DNA of 64,000 nt from a virus. Its lineage: Duplodnaviria; Caudoviricetes. A program made the position numbers and the translations under genes. Positions 1-9,085 of the stretch are shown here, one piece after another (the stretch's first letter is position 1; the number at the start of each line of letters is the position of its first letter). The stretch lies in IMG/VR virus record IMGVR_UViG_3300043618_000034, positions 2,287 to 66,286 of that record, one strand, 5' to 3'. Under the pieces are notes generated by a model. The model worked only from the letters and a program-made list of their open reading frames with translations. It was not told the DNA's origin and made no database searches.

Positions 1-142
1 CGCGCAACTTCTCGGTCATATCCGTTGCGAGGATGAGCCAGACGAGCTCGCCCTCGATCTCCACGGGGTAGCAGGCCCGCCCTCCGGGCAGGTAGTCGAC
101 CAGCTCAATCCGTACCTGCGCTGCTCCGTTTTTGTCCGCCAT
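1..142 (-). CDS. Hypothetical phage protein, runs off the left edge (MADKNGAAQVRIELVDYLPGGRACYPVEIEGELVWL...)
   Basis: Hand translation; ATG at 142 with AAGGGGG SD; same strand as and downstream of repressor. Confidence 0.7.
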   Translation of the reverse strand, partial: MADKNGAAQVRIELVDYLPGGRACYPVEIEGELVWLILATDMTEKLR

Positions 143-322
143 CGAGCCCCCTTGCATGGGTGCATCACGAAGATTCGTTCGCTTGTTCGAACGCGTGAAT
201 GCACTGAGCTTATCGATTCGCCCCCCAGGCGGATCACCGACGATGCCATACAGGCCACAGCGTGACCAGAGTGAACCCGTCAGTAGTCAAAGATTGCCCC
301 ACTGCTGTCACGTACGCATGTG

Positions 323-715
323 TCAGCTCTTGCGACGCGCGAACGTTTCTGCGATTGCAGCCAGCTGCGCGATGTCTTCCGGATCCATCTCCTGAATGCG
401 GGCAATCAGCAAGCGCGCAGTCCCATCCTCCGACCGCACCTCACCCATCCCCATGAACTGAGCGGCAGCGGCCTCTTGGACGATGCGCGGCGGGAGCTCT
501 AGGCCGGCGGCCAACGCGCGGAGCAGCTCCTCAGATGGCGTGTCCATTGGCTTGCTGTTCTCCAGCTTGCTGATCCAACCGAACTTCGCCTGCTCTCCCG
601 TCTTCCGGTCGAAGCTCTGCTCGGCCAGCGTGCGCAGGCTGATGCCCAGCTCGGCACGCCGCGTTCGTACGAGGTCGCTTAGCTGTGTTCGTGTCTGCTC
701 GGCCATGAGGCTCAT
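323..715 (-). CDS. Immunity repressor, XRE-family HTH
   Basis: LSDLVRTRRAELGISLRTLAEQS...WISKLENSK...PSEELLRALAAGL; divergent from Cro-like gene. Confidence 0.85.
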   Translation of the reverse strand: MSLMAEQTRTQLSDLVRTRRAELGISLRTLAEQSFDRKTGEQAKFGWISKLENSKPMDTPSEELLRALAAGLELPPRIVQEAAAAQFMGMGEVRSEDGTARLLIARIQEMDPEDIAQLAAIAETFARRKS

Positions 716-970
716 CCTGCCTGCTCGCTCCCCTGTCGCACGACTGGTGTCTATGGGGCGAGATGGACGGCTGCGAGTCTGCCCTGATCAGCGGCCACCC
801 TGTTCACGCGCCACAACAGAGTGTCTACGGTATCGACCCTTGCCGGATAGGGCGCGCGGGGGGTAAGGCTGATTCCGCACGGCTTGTGCGTCTCTGTAGA
901 CAGTACGTCTATGGGTGTGTACTGTCGTTCTTGTTCACAGAAACGCACACTGCGTCTACGGAGGTGAATC
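716..970. promoter_or_regulatory. Lysis/lysogeny switch region: rightward promoter TAGACA-N17-TACTGT (897-925) and repeated operator-like motifs
   Basis: GTCTAYGG at 749, 823, 907, 954; TGTTCAC-N15-GTCTAC at 801-828 and 932-959; lies between divergent HTH genes. Confidence 0.65.
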
Positions 971-1258
971 ATGCGCAACACCAACGAGATGGACGTCCTC
1001 GTCGACCCTGACCTGCTCGTCCTCCTGATGAAGCGGACCGGCGACGGCAAGAGCGTCAGCGTCCGCGACCTCGCCGCCGAGGCCGGAGTCCACCCGAGCA
1101 AGGTCGGATTCCTCCGGAACGGCAGCCACAAGTCCGCCCCTCATGAGGCTGCATTGGCAATTGCCAGGCGGCTTGGAGTTGACCACCTCGTCCTCTGGGC
1201 ACCGGTCGGCAGGGCGGTCCCCGCTCCGGCGCACGACCCGGAAGCGGTACCGGCATGA
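971..1258 (+). CDS. Cro-like HTH regulator
   Basis: SVRDLAAEAGVHPSKVGFLRNG HTH; GGAGG SD; divergent from repressor. Confidence 0.8.
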   Translation: MRNTNEMDVLVDPDLLVLLMKRTGDGKSVSVRDLAAEAGVHPSKVGFLRNGSHKSAPHEAALAIARRLGVDHLVLWAPVGRAVPAPAHDPEAVPA

Positions 1259-1521
1259 AGCGCCACACCTACCCCGAGGCGGCGGCCATCCTCCGCGTCG
1301 AAGAGCGGTGGCTCCGAAGGAACATCACTCGCCTGCCGCACTCGAAGCTCGGCCGGATCGTCCGCTTCACGGACGACGACCTCAGCCGCATCGACCAGCT
1401 GTTCCACCACGAGCCGACGTCCGGGCCGCTGGCCCTCACGCCCACCTCGTCGACCACCGCTCACCCGCTGGCGCAGCTGCGACCGCTGCCGCCGCGCGGT
1501 GCCCCGGTCCGCATCACCTGA
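1255..1521 (+). CDS. Excisionase-like (MerR-type HTH) DNA-binding protein
   Basis: YPEAAAILRVEERWLRR...LPHSKLGRIVRFTDDDL pattern; ATGA overlap. Confidence 0.7.
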   Translation: MKRHTYPEAAAILRVEERWLRRNITRLPHSKLGRIVRFTDDDLSRIDQLFHHEPTSGPLALTPTSSTTAHPLAQLRPLPPRGAPVRIT

Positions 1522-1612
1522 CCCACCGCATGATGCGGGGCCGCCCGGACCGGGCCTGGTCCGAATGCGACCCCTCGGCACACCGCTCACCACAAGAACT
1601 GAGAGGTACACC

Positions 1613-2002
1613 GTGACGATCAATCTACTTGCCCCCGCACCTGAGGTCTCCGCCGAGACTGCCCAGCGGGACGGGCACATGACCGCACTGTCGGTCGCCG
1701 AGCACATCATCAGCACCTCGCCGGTCATCCCGACCGAGCTGGAGACGCACTGCAAGCCGTGGTCCGTGAACCGCGTAGAGCTGGTGCTCCACTTCTTCGA
1801 CGCCCCTGCGGCTGTCCGCCACTTCGGCGAGCACTTCAAGCTCTCGGTCTACGACGCCGCCCGCGGTGACCACGGCACTGACGTCATCGCGGAGGGAGTC
1901 ATCTCCGGGGTGCAGGTTCGGGCCTGGTGCCGTGTCCGCCCGACGCCCGACGAGTCCGCCGCCCGGCTGGCCGGGTTCCTCGCCCCGGTGGTGACCGCGT
2001 GA
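1613..2002 (+). CDS. Hypothetical protein
   Basis: GTG start with GAGAGG SD; coupled to the next gene. Confidence 0.7.
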   Translation: MTINLLAPAPEVSAETAQRDGHMTALSVAEHIISTSPVIPTELETHCKPWSVNRVELVLHFFDAPAAVRHFGEHFKLSVYDAARGDHGTDVIAEGVISGVQVRAWCRVRPTPDESAARLAGFLAPVVTA

Positions 2003-2538
2003 GCGCGCACCGGGTGACCGCGGCGGCCGGGGTGGTTCGGGCCGAGATGGAGCAGGGCCGTACGACGGCCGAGGAGATCGCTGCCGCGCTGGAGATGGCG
2101 CAGCTGCTCCAGGACCCGGAGACCGCAGCGCGGGCGGCACGACTTCAGGAGCACCTCGACCGGCGTACGGCTGAGGCGTCCGCGGTGCTGGAGCTTGCCG
2201 GGGCGGTCCGTGCGGAGGACCAGCGGGAGATCGGCCGACTTCAGGCCCGGGTCGCTGAGTTGGAGGCCGCGCCCACGGTGATCTACCGGGCGGAGCACCC
2301 GGCGAGCGGCATCGTCCTAGGGACGTACGCCACGGCCGACGCGGCCCGCGCGCACTGCGAGGCCGTCGTCACGCGGGAGATGCCGACCCTCCACCACCTG
2401 GTCTGGCGCCCAGAGACGGACGAAGAGGACTCGCCCGTGTGGCTGTTCGCCCTCGTCGCGGGCTCGGAGGTCGACACCGAGACCACCGTGACCGCGCTGG
2501 AGATCGCCGCCTCGTACGACGAGGAGGCCAACAAGTGA
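1999..2538 (+). CDS. Hypothetical protein with coiled coil
   Basis: GTGA overlaps at both ends; typical codon use. Confidence 0.75.
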   Translation: MSAHRVTAAAGVVRAEMEQGRTTAEEIAAALEMAQLLQDPETAARAARLQEHLDRRTAEASAVLELAGAVRAEDQREIGRLQARVAELEAAPTVIYRAEHPASGIVLGTYATADAARAHCEAVVTREMPTLHHLVWRPETDEEDSPVWLFALVAGSEVDTETTVTALEIAASYDEEANK

Positions 2539-2645
2539 TCGCCCTTCAGATCTTCATGGCCGCCTTGCTGGTCTGGCTCGGCGTGATCTGCGGCCTCGCC
2601 CTCGACGACACCCACTTCGACGTGGACCACCGGGAGGACCGATGA
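2535..2645 (+). CDS. Small membrane peptide
   Basis: MIALQIFMAALLVWLGVICGLAL hydrophobic segment; overlaps at both ends. Confidence 0.6.
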   Translation: MIALQIFMAALLVWLGVICGLALDDTHFDVDHREDR

Positions 2646-2839
2646 CCGACGCCCGCGTCCTCTGCGCGCACGGCTACGTGCTGATGCAGGACTCGTGCCC
2701 TGGCTGCGACCACATGGGCGAGACGCCCCACGTGGCCGACGTCGTCCGGGTGGTGCCGAGTTGGACCGCCACCGTTCACCGGCGCTGCCGTCAGTGCGGG
2801 CTCGTCGGCTCCGCCAAGATCCACAAGGGGAACCGATGA
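2642..2839 (+). CDS. Small Cys/His-rich hypothetical protein
   Basis: CAHG, CPGC, CRQC motifs; coupled overlaps. Confidence 0.65.
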   Translation: MTDARVLCAHGYVLMQDSCPGCDHMGETPHVADVVRVVPSWTATVHRRCRQCGLVGSAKIHKGNR

Positions 2840-3186
2840 CCGACCACGAGCCCGTGCGCGGGCCCATGTACGTCACCTCGACACCGCTGCTCGTCACAGT
2901 CGACGTGACGCCGCTGGTCGAGAACAACGTCCACGAGGTGCTCGAACTCCTCGCGACCGACGACCTCTTCGAGACGTTCATGGAGCTCGCCTGCGCCGAG
3001 CCGACCGGGCACGACGGGCACGCCCCGGACCGGCTGGCGTTCGAGGAGCTGAAGACCACGCTCGTCGCCCGGTTGTCGACCCGGGTCGCGCTCACCGGGA
3101 TGCAGGCCCTTCGGGTCGCCGAGCAGATGCAGACCCTCGGCAAGGCGCGTGCGCTGCCGTCGCAGCAGCAGGGTGGTGCGGCATGA
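2836..3186 (+). CDS. Hypothetical protein
   Basis: ATGA overlaps at both ends. Confidence 0.7.
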   Translation: MTDHEPVRGPMYVTSTPLLVTVDVTPLVENNVHEVLELLATDDLFETFMELACAEPTGHDGHAPDRLAFEELKTTLVARLSTRVALTGMQALRVAEQMQTLGKARALPSQQQGGAA

Positions 3187-3557
3187 CCGCCCTCACTGGT
3201 GTCCTCATCTCCGTCGACGGCGCGTACTCGGACCTGACCATCGAGGGCCGCGTCTGCCCGGTCCTCCTCGCCGCAATCGGCGGGACGCCCGAGTTCGCGT
3301 ACTACGGGCGGCTGGGCGGCACGGCCATCTGCGTGATCGTCCATGAGACCGGCGCCGTCGACGGCCTGCCCATCAACCGTCTGGCCACCCGACTCGTCGA
3401 GTACGTCCGTGGCGGTCTCCTCTCCTACTCCCTGCGCGGGCCCGTTGCCGTCATGAGTTACGACCGGCAGACCGAACAGCTCCTGCCACTCAGCAGCTCC
3501 CACCGGTCGCTTCTGGTGGAGGCCGCCATGCACGAGGCAGAGGAGGGGCAGGCATGA
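3183..3557 (+). CDS. Hypothetical protein (DUF3846-like)
   Basis: IVHETGAVDGLPINRLAT...LRGPVAV pattern. Confidence 0.6.
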   Translation: MTALTGVLISVDGAYSDLTIEGRVCPVLLAAIGGTPEFAYYGRLGGTAICVIVHETGAVDGLPINRLATRLVEYVRGGLLSYSLRGPVAVMSYDRQTEQLLPLSSSHRSLLVEAAMHEAEEGQA

Positions 3558-4237
3558 GCGCCTACAACCAGATTGCCCTCCTGGGGCGCCGCGCTGGGCT
3601 GACGGATTCCGAGTCCGAAGCCCTGGCCGAGCAACTGCTCGGGGGCCACCGGGCTGAGGTCCTCGCCGAGGCGAAGACCGAGATCATCACGTACCTGTCG
3701 AGGAAGGCGAGGGAGCACCGCAGCGCTGGAGGCCAGCAGCACGCGGTGCAGGCTGAGTTCGTCTTCACCCTCGCGTCGAAGATCCAGCGCGGTGCCGTGC
3801 GGATTTTCCTCGACGCAACGGAAACAACGGCCACTCCTCACCCGATCCCGCTGGCCGTGTCCCGCTTCGACACCGCGATCGAACCCGCACCCGAGGAGGA
3901 GCCCGTCCTCACCGTCGGGTGCATCGCCGAGGACGGAACCCCCGTCGCGCTGCTCCTGGACCCAGAGGCTCGGGCCAAGGTCGGCCGGTGGCTCCTCCCC
4001 GAGAAGGACATGGACGACCGGCTCGGCCGCCTCGCCGATCACATCCTCGACACCGGCGGCGAGTGGACCACCGGCAAAGCCCACCAGTGGCTCCTCGCCG
4101 AGGTCGACCCCGGGGTGTCCCGGCATCGGGCCCGCCACGCACTCCAGCACCTGGCCGCGCTCGGATACCTCGCGGAGCACGACCGGGACGGACGCCGCTC
4201 CTACACCCTGAACTACCCGAAGGCGGCGACCGAGTGA
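3554..4237 (+). CDS. Hypothetical protein, possible C-terminal winged helix
   Basis: C-terminal WTTGKAHQWL...ARHALQHLAALGYL...RRSYTL. Confidence 0.65.
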   Translation: MSAYNQIALLGRRAGLTDSESEALAEQLLGGHRAEVLAEAKTEIITYLSRKAREHRSAGGQQHAVQAEFVFTLASKIQRGAVRIFLDATETTATPHPIPLAVSRFDTAIEPAPEEEPVLTVGCIAEDGTPVALLLDPEARAKVGRWLLPEKDMDDRLGRLADHILDTGGEWTTGKAHQWLLAEVDPGVSRHRARHALQHLAALGYLAEHDRDGRRSYTLNYPKAATE

Positions 4238-5076
4238 CCAATCCCAAGCACGCCCGGGACACCGAGCGGGGCCGCTACTACAGCGACCCCGCCGGGGGCC
4301 CGGACCTCGTCTCCGTCACCAACGTCCTCGGCACCGCCGTCGCCAAGCAGGCACTGATCTCGTGGGCCGTGAAGCTCACCACGGAGTACGTCCTCGACAA
4401 CCTCTACGACGTCCAGACGCGCGTCGACGACGACCGGCCCGCGCTCACCCGCGACATCAAGGCCGTGCACCGCGAGGTGAAGGAGGCTGCGGCCGACCTC
4501 GGCAGCCGCGTCCACGCCGCGGCCGAGGCCCGCGTCCTCGGTGCTCCCGTCGCCGACGATCCCGAGGCCGCTCCGTACGTCGCGCAGCTCGACCGGTGGC
4601 TGTCCCTGTGGGCAGTCGACCTGGACGAGCACGTCGTGGCCACCGAGGTCACGTGCCTGCACCGCCGTCTCGGCTACGCGGGCACCGCCGACCTCCTCGT
4701 CTGGCTGCCGACCGGCACGAACGGCGCGCTGGAGCTGTGGCTCATCGACTACAAGACGTCGGCCACCCGCTCCGCGAAGTCGGTCTACCCGGAGAACACG
4801 CTCCAGTTGGCCGCGCTCCGCTTCGCCGAGGTGGTGCTCCTGCCGGACGACACCGACGCACCGATGCCCAAGGTCCAGCGGACCGGCGTCCTCAACCTCC
4901 GCGCGAAGTCGCACGCCCTGGTGGAGATGCCCGCCGGCCGCGACGCCCACAGGGCTTTCCGCGGCCTCCTCGAAGGCACCCGCTGGCTCCACGCCGCGCC
5001 GTCCTCGTACCCCGCCCTCCTCGCCCCCGGCCAGACGGCCGCGCCGCGGCGACGCACAACCCGAAAGGCGGCCTGA
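4234..5076 (+). CDS. PD-(D/E)xK exonuclease (RecB/Cas4-like phage recombination exonuclease)
   Basis: SVTNVL, GSRVH, TEV, YAGTADL, LIDYKT, QLAA motifs intact. Confidence 0.85.
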   Translation: MTNPKHARDTERGRYYSDPAGGPDLVSVTNVLGTAVAKQALISWAVKLTTEYVLDNLYDVQTRVDDDRPALTRDIKAVHREVKEAAADLGSRVHAAAEARVLGAPVADDPEAAPYVAQLDRWLSLWAVDLDEHVVATEVTCLHRRLGYAGTADLLVWLPTGTNGALELWLIDYKTSATRSAKSVYPENTLQLAALRFAEVVLLPDDTDAPMPKVQRTGVLNLRAKSHALVEMPAGRDAHRAFRGLLEGTRWLHAAPSSYPALLAPGQTAAPRRRTTRKAA

Positions 5077-5077
5077 C

Positions 5078-6094
5078 ATGGGCTCGCGACTCCTGAACAT
5101 CCAGCGGCGGGCCGCCGAGCACGGCCGCCTGCGCACCGGTTACACCGACGGCAAGCGGCCGATGCGCTCCCCGAACTGGGTCGTCACCTCGCACTCCGAG
5201 GAGCACGTCCGCGCCGCCGCCACCCTGTGGGGCGGTGAGCCCGAACAGTGGTCGCCGCTGAACTCCACCATCACCCAGTGGCGGGTCATCACGACGTCCT
5301 CGTCGATCGAGGCCCTGATCACCCCGGGCGACCCGCTGAACCAGTACAACGAGATGTGGTCCGCCGGCGGTTGTCAGCGCCGCTGCGACGGGGCGACCGA
5401 ACTCCTTACCCGGCAGCCCTGCGTGTGCGCCTCCCAGTTCGGCGAGGACTGGCACACCCAGCCCAAGGGCCGCGTCTGCTCCACCACGTCCCGCCTGAAC
5501 GTCATGCTGCCCGACCTCTCCGGCATGGGCATGTGGCGGGCCGAGACGCACAGCTTCTACGCCGCGTCGGAGTGGGGCGGCATGGTGGACATGGTCCTCG
5601 CCGGAACCGACGGGCGCGGGTTCGTCCCGGTGACGCTGCGGATCGAGCCGCGGCAGGTCGTCCGGGCCGGGCAGACGAAGAAGTTCCCGGTCGTCGTAGT
5701 CGAGCTCCGCGGAGTCACCCCCCGCCAAGCTTTGGCCGGGCCGATGAACGCGGCGACCGCCCTGGACCCGGCCGGTACGGCGCGGGCCGCGATCGAGGCG
5801 CCGCGCCCCGACTACCTCGCCCGCGCCGAGGGTGCGCTGACGTCCGACGACGTCCGCGACATCTGGATGGAGGCGCAGGACGCCGGACACGTCCACTTCA
5901 AGGGGACTGACCCGCTCTCGCAACAGCTCATGGCCATTGCTGCCCGCAAGGACGAGGAAGCCCTGCCGAAGGCGGGGACCTCCGTGCCTGAACCGGACGA
6001 GGACGGCGCCTACCCGGCCGAAGTCGTCGAGGACGAGGGACGGTCCTCCGGGTGGCCGGCCGCCGTGCAGCCCGGATCGGGGGCCCGCGCATGA
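5078..6094 (+). CDS. phiC31 gp3-like (recombination directionality factor-like) protein
   Basis: LLNIQRRAAEHGRLRTG...GGCQRRCDG...C.C...CSTTSRLNVML...WRAETHSFYAASE pattern recalled for this family. Confidence 0.65.
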   Translation: MGSRLLNIQRRAAEHGRLRTGYTDGKRPMRSPNWVVTSHSEEHVRAAATLWGGEPEQWSPLNSTITQWRVITTSSSIEALITPGDPLNQYNEMWSAGGCQRRCDGATELLTRQPCVCASQFGEDWHTQPKGRVCSTTSRLNVMLPDLSGMGMWRAETHSFYAASEWGGMVDMVLAGTDGRGFVPVTLRIEPRQVVRAGQTKKFPVVVVELRGVTPRQALAGPMNAATALDPAGTARAAIEAPRPDYLARAEGALTSDDVRDIWMEAQDAGHVHFKGTDPLSQQLMAIAARKDEEALPKAGTSVPEPDEDGAYPAEVVEDEGRSSGWPAAVQPGSGARA

Positions 6095-6819
6095 GCTGGC
6101 ACCTGGGCCGCATGTGCGGCTTTGACCTGGAGACCACCGGCATCGACGTCGAGTCGGACCGCATCGTCACCGCCTGCGTCGTCCAGTGCGGCGGCAAACA
6201 CCCCACCCAGTCCGCGACCTGGCTCGCTGACCCCGGGGTGGACATCCCGGAGGGTGCCGCGAAGGTCCACGGCATCACCACCGAGCAGGCCCGCGCCGAA
6301 GGTCAGCCCGCTGGGCAGGTCGTCGAGCAGGTCGTGGCCGCCCTCGTGCAGGTCGTTTTCTCCGGAATCCCGATTGTCGCGATGAACGCTGCGTACGACC
6401 TCACCCTCCTCGACCGCGAGGCCCGCCGCCACCGGGTGATGCCGCTGGCCGACCGCGTCGGCGACGAGATCCGCGTCATCGACCCGAGCGTCCTGGACAA
6501 GGTCGTCGACCGGTACCGCAAGGGCGGCCGCAAGCTCACCGACCTGTGCCGCACCTACCAGGTCCGCCTCGACGGCGCGCACTCCGCGGACGCCGATGCC
6601 ATCGCCGCGTGCCGGGTGGCCTGGCGGATCGCCTCGACGCGGCCGCAGATCGGCGAGCAGAACCTCGACGAGGTCCACGCCGCACAGATCGGTTGGGCGC
6701 GCGAGCAGGCCGAAGGGCTGGCCGCTTACTTCCGCAAGACGCCCGGCAAGGAACACCAGGCCGACGGTGTGCGCACCGAGTGGCCGTTCATCCCGCAGCA
6801 GGCCGGAGGGGACATCTGA
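6091..6819 (+). CDS. DnaQ-like DEDDh 3'-5' exonuclease
   Basis: FDLETTG, NAAYDLTLL, HSADADA motifs. Confidence 0.9.
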   Translation: MSWHLGRMCGFDLETTGIDVESDRIVTACVVQCGGKHPTQSATWLADPGVDIPEGAAKVHGITTEQARAEGQPAGQVVEQVVAALVQVVFSGIPIVAMNAAYDLTLLDREARRHRVMPLADRVGDEIRVIDPSVLDKVVDRYRKGGRKLTDLCRTYQVRLDGAHSADADAIAACRVAWRIASTRPQIGEQNLDEVHAAQIGWAREQAEGLAAYFRKTPGKEHQADGVRTEWPFIPQQAGGDI

Positions 6820-7193
6820 TGTTCACCGCGAAGAACCGCCGCATCGCCGAACTGGAAGCGCGGGTGGACCGCCTCGTCGACCAGCGCGACACGGAGAGGG
6901 CACAACGGATCACCGCCGTTTCCAGCATGTCGACGGTGGCCGGGCACGCCGACCTCGACGCCCGCCGGTACACCGCCGCCCAGTCCCGGTACCAGCGGCG
7001 TCTCGCCCGCCTCGCGTACGCGGTCGTCGGCCTGCGCCGCGAGCTGGCCGCCGCCGACCGCCGGTGCCGCGCGCTCCAGGCCCGCCTCGACATGGCCGTG
7101 GGCCTCGACGACCCGGGCATCACGCTCGGCGCCGGATGGCAGAAGCGACGCGAAGACAAGCCGCGTACCCACAGCACAACCCAGGGGGCCTGA
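6819..7193 (+). CDS. Coiled-coil hypothetical protein, copy A
   Basis: Paralog of 7891..8292 (shared MSTVAGHADLDARRYTA and RREDKPRTHSTT). Confidence 0.75.
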   Translation: MFTAKNRRIAELEARVDRLVDQRDTERAQRITAVSSMSTVAGHADLDARRYTAAQSRYQRRLARLAYAVVGLRRELAAADRRCRALQARLDMAVGLDDPGITLGAGWQKRREDKPRTHSTTQGA

Positions 7194-7196
7194 CCG

Positions 7197-7604
7197 ATGG
7201 GCTACATCACCCGCGTGACCGGCGAGTTCGCCATCACGCCGCCGCTGACCTGGGACGAGATCATGGGCAGCCGCTTCCATGTCGTCTGCCCCGACCTCCA
7301 GTACGCCGACGGAATCGACCTCGGCCTCCGCATCCACGAGGAGAGCACCGAGACCCCCGAGGGCACGCTCATCCGTCGTACCGCGGCTGCACTGGTTATG
7401 CCGGAGATCGACGAGTACCGCGCGTACACGCTGATCGAGCAGGTACAGCGGGTGGTGGACATGTTCCCGGCCCACGACTGGACGGGGCGTCTCGACTGCG
7501 AGGGCGAGGACAACACGGACGTGTGGCGTGTCGTCATTCGCGACGGCCGCGCCCTGAAAATCGAGCCGCGCATCGTCTGGCCGGACGAGGACGGTGCCTT
7601 GTGA
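7197..7604 (+). CDS. Hypothetical protein
   Basis: MGYITRVTGEFAITPPL...CEGEDNTDVWRVVIRDG; GGGGG SD. Confidence 0.75.
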   Translation: MGYITRVTGEFAITPPLTWDEIMGSRFHVVCPDLQYADGIDLGLRIHEESTETPEGTLIRRTAAALVMPEIDEYRAYTLIEQVQRVVDMFPAHDWTGRLDCEGEDNTDVWRVVIRDGRALKIEPRIVWPDEDGAL

Positions 7605-7891
7605 CTGCACCGGCCCTGTTCGGCACGACTCCTGCGGCCGGGCTGTCCCCCCGCCCGGCCGCAGGACCCACCCCGCTGGTCATCGGATTGGATCTTTCGC
7701 TCACTTCCACAGGGATCGCCGGGACGGACTGGGCAGACGCGCTCCGTACCAAGGGGCGCGGGCACGTCCGCCTCGCCTGGCTCCGCCAAGAGATCACCGA
7801 GCGCGTCCGGCTCGCGGACCTCGTCGTCGTCGAGGGCCCGTCGGCCGGGTGGCCGACCGCCGCGCAGCCCGGATCGGGGGCGAGCGCCTGA
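7601..7891 (+). pseudogene. Truncated RuvC-like resolvase (N-terminal half fused to a copy of the gp3-like C-terminus)
   Basis: IGLDLSLTSTG and VVVEGPS motifs present, C-terminal catalytic Asp region absent; tail AGWPTAAQPGSGASA matches SGWPAAVQPGSGARA of 5078..6094. Confidence 0.75.
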
Positions 7892-8292
7892 TGTTCGGAT
7901 CACAGAAGTCCCGTCGCATCGGCGAGTTGACGGCCAGGGTTGAGCGCCTCGTCGAGCAGCGCGACGCGGAGAAGGCGCACCGGATCGCCGCCGTCACGAG
8001 CATGAGCACGGTTGCCGGGCACGCCGACCTGGACGCCCGCCGCTACACGGCTGTCCTCTCCCGTTACCAGCAGCGCCTGGCCCGCCTCGCGTACGCGGTC
8101 GTCCGGCTCCGCCGCGAGCTGATCGCAGCCGAGGACAGCAGGGCCGCCGCCGAACGCCGGTGCGCCGCGCTTCAGGCCCGCCTCGACAGTGCCCTCGGCC
8201 TGAATAAGCCGGGCATCGCGCTCGGCGCCTCGTGGCAGGACCGCCGCGAAGACAAGCCCCGTACCCACAGCACCACCAAGGGGAACCAGTGA
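7891..8292 (+). CDS. Coiled-coil hypothetical protein, copy A'
   Basis: Paralog of 6819..7193. Confidence 0.75.
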   Translation: MFGSQKSRRIGELTARVERLVEQRDAEKAHRIAAVTSMSTVAGHADLDARRYTAVLSRYQQRLARLAYAVVRLRRELIAAEDSRAAAERRCAALQARLDSALGLNKPGIALGASWQDRREDKPRTHSTTKGNQ

Positions 8293-8483
8293 CCGAGCCC
8301 AAGCCCGAGAACACCATGGTCGCCATCGACGGCACGGACGCGCTCGCGTTCGTCATCATCCGCCCCGGCAGCACGGAGGACAGCGTCGCCCTGGAGGCCG
8401 CCGCCCAAGGCATGAGCAAGCAGGCCGCCGCTCACGTGCTGCGCCGCGTCGCTGAGATGTGGGAGCAGGAGGAGCAGGCGTGA
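8289..8483 (+). CDS. Hypothetical protein
   Basis: GTGA overlaps at both ends. Confidence 0.65.
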   Translation: MTEPKPENTMVAIDGTDALAFVIIRPGSTEDSVALEAAAQGMSKQAAAHVLRRVAEMWEQEEQA

Positions 8484-9085
8484 CCACCTTGTTCGACACC
8501 CAGACTCCTGCGGCCGGGCTGTCCCCCCACCCGGCCGCAGGGCCCACCCTTCTCGCACCTCTCGTCGCGGGCATTGACGTTTCCCTCACCGGGACCGCCG
8601 TCGCCGTCCTCGGTGGTACCACTCGCATCGCCACCAAGGGCCGCCGACGGGACCCCCTTCCGGTCCGCCACTCCCGGCTCCAGGCCATCGCCCGTCAGGC
8701 CCTCGAAGCCATCGGCGTCGTCCACCTCGCGGTCATCGAGGGGCCGTCGCACCACAGTGTCGGCGGTTCCCCCTGGGACCGGGGCGGGCTGTGGTGGCTC
8801 ATCGTCGACGGGCTCCTCGACCGGGAGATCCCCACCGCCGTCGTGCCGCCCGCCTGCCGAGCCAAGTACGCCACCGGCTCCGGCGCCGGGCGCAAGGCGG
8901 GCGTACTGGCAGCAGTGGCCAGCACGTACGGGGTGACCGGCATCACCGACGACGAGGCCGACGCGATCGTCCTGCGGGCGGCTGGCCTCGACTGGGCAGG
9001 ACACCCCCTCGCTGTACTCCCTGAGTCCCACCGCGGTGCGCTCCTCAGCTGCGAGTGGCCCGGCCGAGAGGCGGTGTCCCGATGA
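8480..9085 (+). CDS. RuvC-like Holliday junction resolvase
   Basis: AGIDVSLTGT, VIEGPS, KYATG, DDEADA motifs. Confidence 0.85.
   Translation: MTTLFDTQTPAAGLSPHPAAGPTLLAPLVAGIDVSLTGTAVAVLGGTTRIATKGRRRDPLPVRHSRLQAIARQALEAIGVVHLAVIEGPSHHSVGGSPWDRGGLWWLIVDGLLDREIPTAVVPPACRAKYATGSGAGRKAGVLAAVASTYGVTGITDDEADAIVLRAAGLDWAGHPLAVLPESHRGALLSCEWPGREAVSR

Noticed and set aside
4234-5076. Cas4-like nuclease as a sign of a CRISPR system
   Set aside because: No array or other cas genes; context is the phage recombination module
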